From: Spirochaetia bacterium
Lineage (GTDB): Bacteria > Spirochaetota > Leptospiria > Leptospirales > Leptonemataceae
Length of the DNA: 28,443 nucleotides
Direction: 5' to 3'
Assembly: GCA_029880625.1 (NCBI GenBank)
Contig: JAOUOA010000001.1
Location: 1 to 28,443, forward strand
Part shown: piece after piece, positions 16,920-25,427 of the stretch
How positions within the stretch are numbered: position 1 is the stretch's first letter
Layout: each line of letters starts with the position of its first letter
Translations under genes and position numbers: made by a program
The notes under the pieces: generated by a model
The model's database searches: none
What the model saw: the letters and a program-made list of their open reading frames with translations, nothing else
What the model was told of the DNA's origin: nothing

Positions 16920-18362
16920 TTAATCCCTGAAACTCCTTTTTATACTCTGATAATCTTTTTTTGAATATTCCTGAATGATGTACAGCCTTAATGAATCAAG
17001 CGGCAGTCCGAGTTCTGATTCAAGCCTGCCTGCATTGATCATATAAGAAATTTTTTCTCGAATTTCTTTAAGTCTGACTTCGTTTAAGATGTGTTCTTCC
17101 CGAAGATAGTCGTGGAGAGATGTTTGGCCGAGATGAAATTTTTCTTTTTCAATTGCATTTTTTTTCCTGAGAATTATTGTATATTCATTGAGAAGATTCA
17201 GATTTATGAAGGCTTCTCTTAAAGACTGCAGCAGTCTTTTTACGGAAGTTTTGTTTTGGAAATCAGCATCTTTCTGGCTGTAGAGAGAACGCTCGAGATC
17301 CAGTTGTTTTTCCATCCTGTTTTTTTTCCAGAGTGGATTGTCGTAGAGCTGTATATTCGAATCTGATGAGAAACTTTTTTTAAATTTATTTCTTGAGGAG
17401 GAAATACCGCTGTTATGTGTCACGCTGCTGCCAAGAACGTAAAATGAAATATTGATTCCGATACCGACTTCCGTGTTTTCGGGGGGCCAATTTTCTCCGT
17501 TTTTTGAATAATGTCCTGTTACAGCAAAGGAAGGAATGTAAGAATATTTTTCAATCAGCATCTCTTTTTTCTTTTTTGCCGATGCAAGTTTTAAATTTTG
17601 AAGCGAAGGAATTTGTCGTCTCTTTAAGAATAAATTTGCAATGCCGTTTTGATCGGGGCGCTTGAAAGTGATGCGGTCAAAATCCACATGCTTTACGGAA
17701 GAGACGCCGTAATCTTTGCCAAGAATATGATAAAAATTTTCGATGGAATCATTTAATTCCCGAAGGGAAACGCTGTAAGACAGTTTTCTTCGCCTGTATT
17801 CATTCTGAATTTCCTGGTGGTCAAGCCGCTTTATCATACCAAGACTTATTTCCTTTTCCGCCCGGCGAAAAATATTCTCCGCATTGAGCATGCTTGACTT
17901 TAACAGCATGCTGATTTCTCTTTTCTCCTGAATATCCAGGTAGGCCTGTCTTACTTTGTATGAAAGTTTATGTTTCTGGATTAAATAATGATTCCTTGCG
18001 ATCCGCTGGTTGATTTTACTGATCTCATAGATGATTTTGTTTCTTCCCGCGTCAAAGATGGGCTGTGACAGCGACAGTTTGATTGAGTGATTGCTGTAAT
18101 CATAATCTCTTTCTGTTATGCTTCGTCTGCGGCTGTAGCTGATTGTTGCCGAAGGGAAAAAGTTCCTGAGCTTGCTTTTTGAAATTTCTTTTTCAAGTGC
18201 AATTTCTTTTCTGAGCGATTTCAGTTCAAAATGGTTTGCAAGAGCAATTTTTTCGGCTTCTTCAGCGCCGATTTCCTCGGCGGTAAGTTTTTTAATAGAA
18301 TAACTGAAATATGCGGTCAGAAACAATAAGAGGAACAGGTTGAAACGACAGAAGAAATGCAT
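16920..18362 (-). CDS. TolC-family outer membrane channel
   Basis: Signal peptide and two outer-membrane-efflux repeats (FFPSATISYS...LSLSQPIFDAG; YIPSFAVTGHY...GIGINISF), each followed by helical segments. Located in an operon with an adaptor and RND permeases. Confidence 0.85.
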   Translation of the reverse strand: MHFFCRFNLFLLLFLTAYFSYSIKKLTAEEIGAEEAEKIALANHFELKSLRKEIALEKEISKSKLRNFFPSATISYSRRRSITERDYDYSNHSIKLSLSQPIFDAGRNKIIYEISKINQRIARNHYLIQKHKLSYKVRQAYLDIQEKREISMLLKSSMLNAENIFRRAEKEISLGMIKRLDHQEIQNEYRRRKLSYSVSLRELNDSIENFYHILGKDYGVSSVKHVDFDRITFKRPDQNGIANLFLKRRQIPSLQNLKLASAKKKKEMLIEKYSYIPSFAVTGHYSKNGENWPPENTEVGIGINISFYVLGSSVTHNSGISSSRNKFKKSFSSDSNIQLYDNPLWKKNRMEKQLDLERSLYSQKDADFQNKTSVKRLLQSLREAFINLNLLNEYTIILRKKNAIEKEKFHLGQTSLHDYLREEHILNEVRLKEIREKISYMINAGRLESELGLPLDSLRLYIIQEYSKKDYQSIKRSFRD

Positions 18363-18375
18363 GTTTTATCCAGAA

Positions 18376-19020
18376 TTATTTGAAATTTGCCTGAATCGCT
18401 TTTTGAAAGAGTTCGGCTTTTTTTAAATGAAGAGCTTCTCTTTCCTTTAATTTTAGTTTCTTGCAGAGTTTTGCTGATGATTCATGAATTCGTAATAGTT
18501 CTGCTTCAAAAGCGGATGCTTTCTGGTATTCGATGAGAGCTTTTCTCAGCATCCCTTTCTGTTCATAAATTTTTCCAATTCGGTAATGGGCTGAATGATT
18601 ATCAGGATCATGGTTCAGAATTGAACGGTAATATAACAAAGCATCATCCATTCGATCTCTCTGTACCGAAAGAATATTTCCGAGCCACATGAGAAGGTAA
18701 GGACTTTCCCCAAAACATTTTATGTAATCTTTAAGAATCGCTTCGGCATGAGAGAAATCCCGGGTAAAAAATTTAATTTTAGCATACAGCACCGTTCCTT
18801 CAAGATGTTCCGGATATTTTTTTAAGAAGGATCGGCTTTTCTGTGCGGCTTCTTTGAATTGTCTTCTGTAATAAAGCACAGAAACATCCTGGAACTGCAT
18901 TTTGATCTGTTTATTTTTTAGATTTTTTTCCAACGGAAACAGCAGCAATGCTGACAGAGCGAAACCCGCAGCAATTGCTCCGGAAAATATTGAAAGAAGG
19001 ATTAATATTTTATTTTTCAT
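18376..19020 (-). CDS. membrane-anchored tetratricopeptide repeat protein
   Basis: N-terminal hydrophobic helix (aa5-28) and several TPR-like repeats (YLLMWLGNIL..DDALLYYRSILNHDPDN; AHYRIGKIYEQKG...ALIEYQKA). Confidence 0.85.
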   Translation of the reverse strand: MKNKILILLSIFSGAIAAGFALSALLLFPLEKNLKNKQIKMQFQDVSVLYYRRQFKEAAQKSRSFLKKYPEHLEGTVLYAKIKFFTRDFSHAEAILKDYIKCFGESPYLLMWLGNILSVQRDRMDDALLYYRSILNHDPDNHSAHYRIGKIYEQKGMLRKALIEYQKASAFEAELLRIHESSAKLCKKLKLKEREALHLKKAELFQKAIQANFK

Positions 19021-19178
19021 TGTAATTCTACTGTGTAATTATTTTTAAAATCGTTGCACAGATTTATGAAAAAAAATTAAATTCAATAAAAAAAATAAAA
19101 ACAGAAGCTGTAAAGTGAAAGCGAAAAGGGCAGCGCCTCAGCAGGAATTAAAAGAGGATTTAAAAACTGAAAAAAACA

Positions 19179-20972
19179 TCAAGAGGTCTGTTTGATGTAG
19201 GGACGAAGACCCCGTTCCAGTTCCTTTAATATTTTACGAAAATATTTTCCATGGATTTCTCTGGATTTTTCTTTTTCAAGTTTTTCCTGATTCCTCAATA
19301 AATAAACTTCCATTTTACGCATTAAGGTTTCCGTGAAAGGATATTTCTCCATGAAAGAACTGAATTCAGAATCGTTTTTCATAAGGGTATGTTTGAGATC
19401 GCTGTAAAAATTAAGATTTTTCTGGCTATGATGTTTTTGGGGAGATGAGGCATCTTGAAAAAGCTTCTCAGGATGATCGATTTCAGGAAGAGCGTCAATC
19501 CATGCATCCAGATTTTCCGGCCGGACAGCTCCTTTAAGAAAAGCACCATCCGATGAAAGGTTCCAGGTTCTTATACCACAATCAGGAATCGACTGCTCGA
19601 ACCAGCTTCTGTAAAGATCCAGAACAAAATCTGTAAGAACCGATTCTTCATGTAAAGAGGGCACCTGGTATGTTTCTCTTTTTCTGATAATTTTTTCATT
19701 AATTCCTTCAAGGGTTTCTGTACGGTTTAGAAGTCCCAGCCATTTTTCATTGTGATGCGTACCGGTAGAATGAATCTCCCTCCCTGTATAGGCCAGGTCC
19801 TGGCCGATTAAAAAGATTTCACCCGCTCCAAGAAAACGGAGAAGGTCAAAGCCGCTTGTAGCAACGGAGCCTCCTGATTGAAGAGAACCAAGAATTCCAT
19901 GAAACTCTTCAATATATTCCGTTCCGGGAGTACATTCGCGCAGAACTCTGCCGTCATAAGTGCCTGTAAATCTTGCTGTTGTGGAAAAGATGATTTTGCC
20001 GGGATTTAAATCTTCAATGAGTCCGGGATTGCTTACAATATCTGCAAAAAGAATGGATTCAGAAAGATCGACTCCCTGAAAATGAAAGATGCTGTGTTTC
20101 TGTGCGTCAAGAGTGATGACTCCGTGAAAAGGGACATTTCCTGCCTTTAAAACTTTTACGGAAGTATCGCATGCCAGGATAAAACATTTGCTGGCAAGCT
20201 TTTTGATCACAGGAAGACTTCTGCGCAGGGATGGACCGGCAGAAACAAGAAGGGCCGGGATTCCATTTAAAATTCCTTTATAATACAGCAGATTGACCGG
20301 TAATGCAGATCTATTCTTATTTTCAGGAAAAAAAGCAGAATTTGCTATGATATTTTTAATCCAGAGTTTTTCAAATTCAAACCGAGTCAGAAGATCCGAA
20401 ATTCTTGAACGGAATGCATTTTGAATTAAATCTTCTATATAATGGTAGTATTCCGGTTCCAGATTGATTGATGGTTTATGACTGAGCAGTTTTACTCCTC
20501 TGAGTTTTTCTCCCGGAAGGGATTCCAGGTATGTGACAAGCCCTTCCTCCATTTCAGGCCCGCAGAACATATGGCATCCGGGCCTTTTTAAGAATTGCAT
20601 CGGCTCTTCAAAATTACTGCAGAGGAATTTTCCCATTTCAAATTGAGCATCAATTGCTATACAGATTTGGTTAGGTTGAAGGACTTTTTCAATATTTGAA
20701 AAAAGATATGGATTTCCAAGGCCTAATAGGATAACAATCTGTCCGGCCTGCCAGAGATTTACATCTGCCGGAATGATTCGTTCTGCTTCAAGCTGTGGAT
20801 TATAAATACTGGAAAGTCTGATTATGTCATTTTTTTTCTGTTTACAAATAATCTTCTGGCCGTTTTTTGCATTTTCCAGACATAACGTTTCTGGATACGG
20901 CTGCCCGTAGAAATAGGGTTCCAGATAGGGCTTTTTTCCCAGTAATTCTTGAATGTTATCATTCATTTTCAT
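19179..20972 (-). CDS. motility-associated factor (Maf/DUF115) glycosyltransferase family protein
   Basis: LLVSAGPSL, ILACDT, VITLDAQ, GGSVAT and IFLIGQDLAY motifs. N-terminal RLSSIYNPQLEAE segment typical of long Maf proteins. Confidence 0.85.
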   Translation of the reverse strand: MKMNDNIQELLGKKPYLEPYFYGQPYPETLCLENAKNGQKIICKQKKNDIIRLSSIYNPQLEAERIIPADVNLWQAGQIVILLGLGNPYLFSNIEKVLQPNQICIAIDAQFEMGKFLCSNFEEPMQFLKRPGCHMFCGPEMEEGLVTYLESLPGEKLRGVKLLSHKPSINLEPEYYHYIEDLIQNAFRSRISDLLTRFEFEKLWIKNIIANSAFFPENKNRSALPVNLLYYKGILNGIPALLVSAGPSLRRSLPVIKKLASKCFILACDTSVKVLKAGNVPFHGVITLDAQKHSIFHFQGVDLSESILFADIVSNPGLIEDLNPGKIIFSTTARFTGTYDGRVLRECTPGTEYIEEFHGILGSLQSGGSVATSGFDLLRFLGAGEIFLIGQDLAYTGREIHSTGTHHNEKWLGLLNRTETLEGINEKIIRKRETYQVPSLHEESVLTDFVLDLYRSWFEQSIPDCGIRTWNLSSDGAFLKGAVRPENLDAWIDALPEIDHPEKLFQDASSPQKHHSQKNLNFYSDLKHTLMKNDSEFSSFMEKYPFTETLMRKMEVYLLRNQEKLEKEKSREIHGKYFRKILKELERGLRPYIKQTS

Positions 20973-21076
20973 TGAAAAAGGGCTGACCGTATAAAAGAAT
21001 TTTACGATTCTGTCCTCTCAGGGGCTTCTTGCGCTAAAATTCGGCATCATTCTCAGGATAAAAGAGGTTTTTATTC

Positions 21077-23836
21077 ATGTTATTGAAAAAAATCCGCATG
21101 ATTGGATTCAAATCATTTGCAGATGAAACAATTTTCGAACTCGAAGAAGGGATTACCGCTGTCGTTGGGCCGAACGGCTGCGGTAAATCAAACATACTGG
21201 ATGCTGTAAGGTGGGTTCTCGGAGAAAAGTCTGCCAGAGGTCTAAGGGCCAAAAGTATGGATGATGTGATCTTTCTTGGATCGGAAAACAGAAAACCTGC
21301 CGGTATGGCTGAAGTAGAAATCATCTTTAATAATAAGGACAGAATCCTCGGTGTTGATCTCGATGAGGTTTCTGTAGGCAGGCGGATTTATTTAAATAGC
21401 GCCAGTGAATATCTTTTAAACGGAAAAAAAACAACAAGAAAAGAAATCGAGCAGGTTTTCATGGATACCGGGATCGGCAAAACTGCCTATTCCATCATGG
21501 AGCAGGGAAGAATGGCTGAAATTCTTTCAGCCTCCCCCGACGATAGGCGAAAACTTTTTGATGAAGCAGCCGGAGTTTCCCGTTTCAAAGCAGAAAGAGA
21601 GGAAACTCTTGCAAGACTGCATGATACAGATCAGAATCTTCTTCGGCTAAATGATATATTAAAAAGCAAAAATGAAGAAATGGAAAATTTGGAACGACAG
21701 GCGAAAAAAACAAGAGAGTACATCCATTTAAAAGAAAAACTTGATGAGCATCATCTGAATCTGAATTATATAAGCTACAGAGAACTCTCTGAAAAGAAAA
21801 GGAAGATTGACGAACGTTTGCTGAATATCTTAAAAAAAAGAGATGATGTATTTGAAAAACTTTCCGAACGCGAAGCCAGTTCCGAAAAAATAGAGTTGGA
21901 ACTTCAGGAGCAGGTCCAGAACATGCATCAGAAAGACCGGGAATTTCATCAGGATCAGTCACGTATGGAGTCGATCCAGGAAAGTCTGGAAAGAATCACA
22001 GGGGAAATTCAGGACAGAGTCGAACGTCAGGAAGGGATCGAACAGCGGAAAAAAACAGAAGAAAAATTAAATAAAGATATTGAAGCGCGTCTTCAGGCTT
22101 CCATGCAGATGGAGCTGGATCTTGACAGCGAAATTAAAACGCTGCAGGATGCTGGAAGCCGTCTCGGGAAAAGTATTGAGGTTCTTTCATCAGAAATACA
22201 AGAATCACAGGGAAAAGAAGAAGAAAATCATGAAGAACTTCAGAGGATTGAGAAAGAACATTCGTCTCTCCTTGAAGAACTGAAAAATGTAACACGCGAA
22301 ATTATCCAAGAGTTGGAGAGCAAAAAAAAGGATCTTGCAAAAAAAGAAGATTTCAGAAAGAGTCTTAAAGACGCTATTGAAAACAGCCTTTCCGATGCAG
22401 AGGAAAAATTAAATTCTGTTTCCGGCCTGATAGGTAATAAAGAATTTGATCATCTTCAAAGCATGATTGCTGAAATCAAGCCTGGAAAAATTCTCAGAGA
22501 TTTTTCTTCATACGAGGAAATTGAAAGCGAATTTCGCTCTATTCTATTTGCGCGTAGCGGACATCTTGCTAAAAAGGAAGAACTGGATGCGAAAATGGAC
22601 GAGCTTCGCTCTCGAAAAGAATTTCTGATAAAGGAAAATGGTCATCTGATTGAGAAGAGAAAAATTAATACAGTAAGTCTTGAAAAAGAAAAAAACCGGA
22701 AAGTGGAAGTGGAACTTCAAATTCGAGATTTTCAGGTGAGAAGGGAATCTTCTCTGGAAGCACGAGAAGGAATTGCAGAACAGCTCAAAGAGTCTGCTGA
22801 CAGAATTAAGTATTATTCAGGCGAGATCAGCCGTGTAAGCTCTGAAAAAGGAAAGCTGGTAACGGAACAGGCTTCTTTGAATCAGGAACTGGATCATATG
22901 CAGAAAAATACTCTGAAACAGACATCCGCACTTGAGGCAATGAAGCTTAAAATCGAAAAAACAAAAACTTCAATCAATGATCTCAAGGAAAAAAATAAAA
23001 AAGACAGGGAGCTGATTGAAAAAATTATTCCGGAAATCGGCGAAATGGAAAGGGCTGCTGAAAATATTTCTGTACAGGAACATACGCTGCAGGAAGAGCT
23101 TTACAATGATTTTCAAATTTCCCCGGGAGAACTGGAAGACCGCTGTTCTTCGCTTGATTTGAATAAATCCAGGGAAGAATCTGAATATAGACGGATTAAA
23201 AGCGATATCTCAAATCTCGGACAATTCAACGCGCTGGCTATTGAAGAACTGGATAGAAGCCGCGAGTCCTGCAGTCATCTGAAGCAGCAGGAAGATGATA
23301 TTCAGAAGGCACGCAAAAATATTATTTCAATAATTGATGATATTGATCAAAAGTCCAGGGCCCGTTTTCGTGATACTTTTGAAAGAATACAGAATAATTT
23401 TTCTGAGATATTCCAGTCTCTTTTTGGAGGTGGCAGAGCATCCCTCTCTCTGGTGGATACTGAAAATCCCATGACAAGCGGGATTGATATTATGGTTCAG
23501 CCTCCGGGTAAAAAAAACCGAAGCATCTCCCTCCTTTCAGGAGGCGAAAAAAATATGACTGCGATTGCGCTTATGTTTGCGACATATCTGGTCAGACCTT
23601 CGCCATTCTGCTTCCTGGATGAAATTGACGCTCCTCTTGATGAGAGCAACGTAAGCCGATTTCTTAAAATGCTTTCCGGTTTTGCCGGAAGATCTCAGTT
23701 TCTTGTTATCACTCATAATAAGCAGACCATGACAAAATCCCAGGCGATTTTTGGCGTTACTCAGGAAGAGGCAGGTGTGAGTAAAATTGTATCTGTAAGA
23801 CTATCTCAAAATAAAGAAACTATGACCTATGCCTGA
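21077..23836 (+). CDS. smc: chromosome segregation SMC-family ATPase (short, 919 aa)
   Basis: GFKSF, Walker A GPNGCGKSN, Q-loop MEQG, long coiled coils, signature LSGGEK, Walker B/D-loop FLDEIDAPLD, H-loop VITHN. Confidence 0.92.
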   Translation: MLLKKIRMIGFKSFADETIFELEEGITAVVGPNGCGKSNILDAVRWVLGEKSARGLRAKSMDDVIFLGSENRKPAGMAEVEIIFNNKDRILGVDLDEVSVGRRIYLNSASEYLLNGKKTTRKEIEQVFMDTGIGKTAYSIMEQGRMAEILSASPDDRRKLFDEAAGVSRFKAEREETLARLHDTDQNLLRLNDILKSKNEEMENLERQAKKTREYIHLKEKLDEHHLNLNYISYRELSEKKRKIDERLLNILKKRDDVFEKLSEREASSEKIELELQEQVQNMHQKDREFHQDQSRMESIQESLERITGEIQDRVERQEGIEQRKKTEEKLNKDIEARLQASMQMELDLDSEIKTLQDAGSRLGKSIEVLSSEIQESQGKEEENHEELQRIEKEHSSLLEELKNVTREIIQELESKKKDLAKKEDFRKSLKDAIENSLSDAEEKLNSVSGLIGNKEFDHLQSMIAEIKPGKILRDFSSYEEIESEFRSILFARSGHLAKKEELDAKMDELRSRKEFLIKENGHLIEKRKINTVSLEKEKNRKVEVELQIRDFQVRRESSLEAREGIAEQLKESADRIKYYSGEISRVSSEKGKLVTEQASLNQELDHMQKNTLKQTSALEAMKLKIEKTKTSINDLKEKNKKDRELIEKIIPEIGEMERAAENISVQEHTLQEELYNDFQISPGELEDRCSSLDLNKSREESEYRRIKSDISNLGQFNALAIEELDRSRESCSHLKQQEDDIQKARKNIISIIDDIDQKSRARFRDTFERIQNNFSEIFQSLFGGGRASLSLVDTENPMTSGIDIMVQPPGKKNRSISLLSGGEKNMTAIALMFATYLVRPSPFCFLDEIDAPLDESNVSRFLKMLSGFAGRSQFLVITHNKQTMTKSQAIFGVTQEEAGVSKIVSVRLSQNKETMTYA

Positions 23837-25340
23837 ATCCCGGACCATAAAACGTTCTTTCTGGATTATCTTTGCCGCAGCGGCGGTATTGAATGCTTCG
23901 CAGATATTTCCACAGACGGAAATAATCGAAAATGGAACGGGAAAAAAAATCGAATATGTGGAACACGAAGCATTTCGCACTCTTGCAGTTATTCCTCTTG
24001 CTAATGAAACGGGCGAAGAGCGTGTTGATTATCTTCGAACAGGCATCCTGAAAATGATACGAAGCGAACTTGAAAAAATTTACCAGGTGGTGGTGGATGA
24101 TCCAGAGGTCAGGTTTATTGCACGCCCTTATCCTCATAAAAAAAACAGGAAATCTTATAGAAAGGGAAAAAGCCGACTTCCCCTCAGGATACGGCTCATA
24201 CAGCTGAACAGCGATATGGAAGATCTGTTTTATATGACAGATTCTGTGAAGCAGGCTGAGTCCCTGAACGCGGATTATATTCTTTCCGGAAATTTTTCCG
24301 GGGATTCTGTCGGTATACTTGTACTGAATTTTACTCTGTTTGATGCGCGTCGGATGAAGACAAAAACCTTTCAGTATGAAGTGCACGTTCAGAATATTTA
24401 CAGTAATCTCGGTCCAATCGCAGAGAAGATTGCCGGGGAATTTTCATCCTATGAATTTGCAAATTTGACTGTAAGAACGCCCGTTGACGGAGCGATGGTT
24501 TATCTGGATGACCATTATCTTGGAAAAACACCCGTAAATAAAAAAGTCTTTCCTGACCGGTATACTCTCTATGTGGAACAGGACGGCTATGAAACTTACA
24601 GTGAGGAAGTAAATCTTCCGGTTGGGGCTGTTAAAGCAGTTACCGTGAACAGTAAGAAAAAGATTCATAAAGGAATTCTTTCTGTGACCAGTGAACCATC
24701 CGGTTCTGATGTTTATCTGAATATCACGAAAATCGGAACAACTCCTCTTATCAGAGATGATCTTCCCGAGGGAACCCATCGAGTAAGAATTTCAAAAGAC
24801 GGCTATATTGACCGCTTTATTGGTGTAAAGCTTTCAGGAAAAAAATCAACTTCCTTTAATGTCCGCATGAAAGAAGGAGATACATTTCGTCACTTTCGAG
24901 ATCCGCATTATGTGGTTCTGGACTGGACATATGATGATCTTTCTTTTTCCACAATGATTTCATCTCTATTTTTTTATGCAGGTTACTGGAGCTATCGGGC
25001 CAATGCCGATAGGATTCTGGATTCCATGAATCTGGAATACCTCCAGCTTCTTGCGGTTTTCAATCAACCGGAACTTACTTTGATTGAATATTTCAGATTG
25101 GAAGCGGAAGCCAAAAAAGCGGCGGCTTCTGTTCGAAAGGCCAATATTAGCGCAGGAGGAGGCGTTTTTATGCTTCTGCTTTCCGGCGCTCTTCTTTGGC
25201 GAGGCCTTTTTCTTGAAACCAAAGAGACAGGAGAAGTTCTGAATAAAAAAGATTATTCTTTTTACATTGCCCCGGATTTTAATCCAGAGCAGAATCTTAA
25301 AGTTTCAGGAATGGACCTAGGATTAAGAATTCGGTTTTAA
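23829..25340 (+). CDS. PEGA domain-containing envelope protein
   Basis: N-terminal signal or anchor, TolB_N/CsgG-like domain (LAVIPLANETG; LNADYILSG), two PEGA repeats (GAMVYLDDHYLGKTP; GSDVYLNITKIGTTP), two hydrophobic helices and C-terminal LGLRIRF. Overlaps smc by 8 nt. Confidence 0.85.
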   Translation: MPESRTIKRSFWIIFAAAAVLNASQIFPQTEIIENGTGKKIEYVEHEAFRTLAVIPLANETGEERVDYLRTGILKMIRSELEKIYQVVVDDPEVRFIARPYPHKKNRKSYRKGKSRLPLRIRLIQLNSDMEDLFYMTDSVKQAESLNADYILSGNFSGDSVGILVLNFTLFDARRMKTKTFQYEVHVQNIYSNLGPIAEKIAGEFSSYEFANLTVRTPVDGAMVYLDDHYLGKTPVNKKVFPDRYTLYVEQDGYETYSEEVNLPVGAVKAVTVNSKKKIHKGILSVTSEPSGSDVYLNITKIGTTPLIRDDLPEGTHRVRISKDGYIDRFIGVKLSGKKSTSFNVRMKEGDTFRHFRDPHYVVLDWTYDDLSFSTMISSLFFYAGYWSYRANADRILDSMNLEYLQLLAVFNQPELTLIEYFRLEAEAKKAAASVRKANISAGGGVFMLLLSGALLWRGLFLETKETGEVLNKKDYSFYIAPDFNPEQNLKVSGMDLGLRIRF

Positions 25341-25364
25341 TTTTATGAATTCTTTCTGAAAGAT

Positions 25365-25396
25365 TCATCTTGCATAAAACAGCTTCTGCAAGATGA
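25365..25396. repeat. perfect 10-bp inverted repeat in the PEGA-lipoprotein intergenic region
   Basis: TCATCTTGCA (25365-25374) and TGCAAGATGA (25387-25396) with a 12-nt spacer. Function unknown. Confidence 0.55.
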
Positions 25397-25427
25397 TGTC
25401 GGAATATCAAAATTTCAGGAAAATTTA

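Noticed and set aside
15294-19020. Lys/Arg-rich composition of TolC, adaptor and TPR as charge complementarity to acidic cargo
   Set aside because: It cannot be separated from AT-driven Lys enrichment without computing pI and mapping charges on a structure.
19048-19065. AAATC-N8-GATTT dyad upstream of the RND operon as an operator
   Set aside because: Arms of 5 bp in very AT-rich DNA are expected by chance, and no regulator is encoded nearby.
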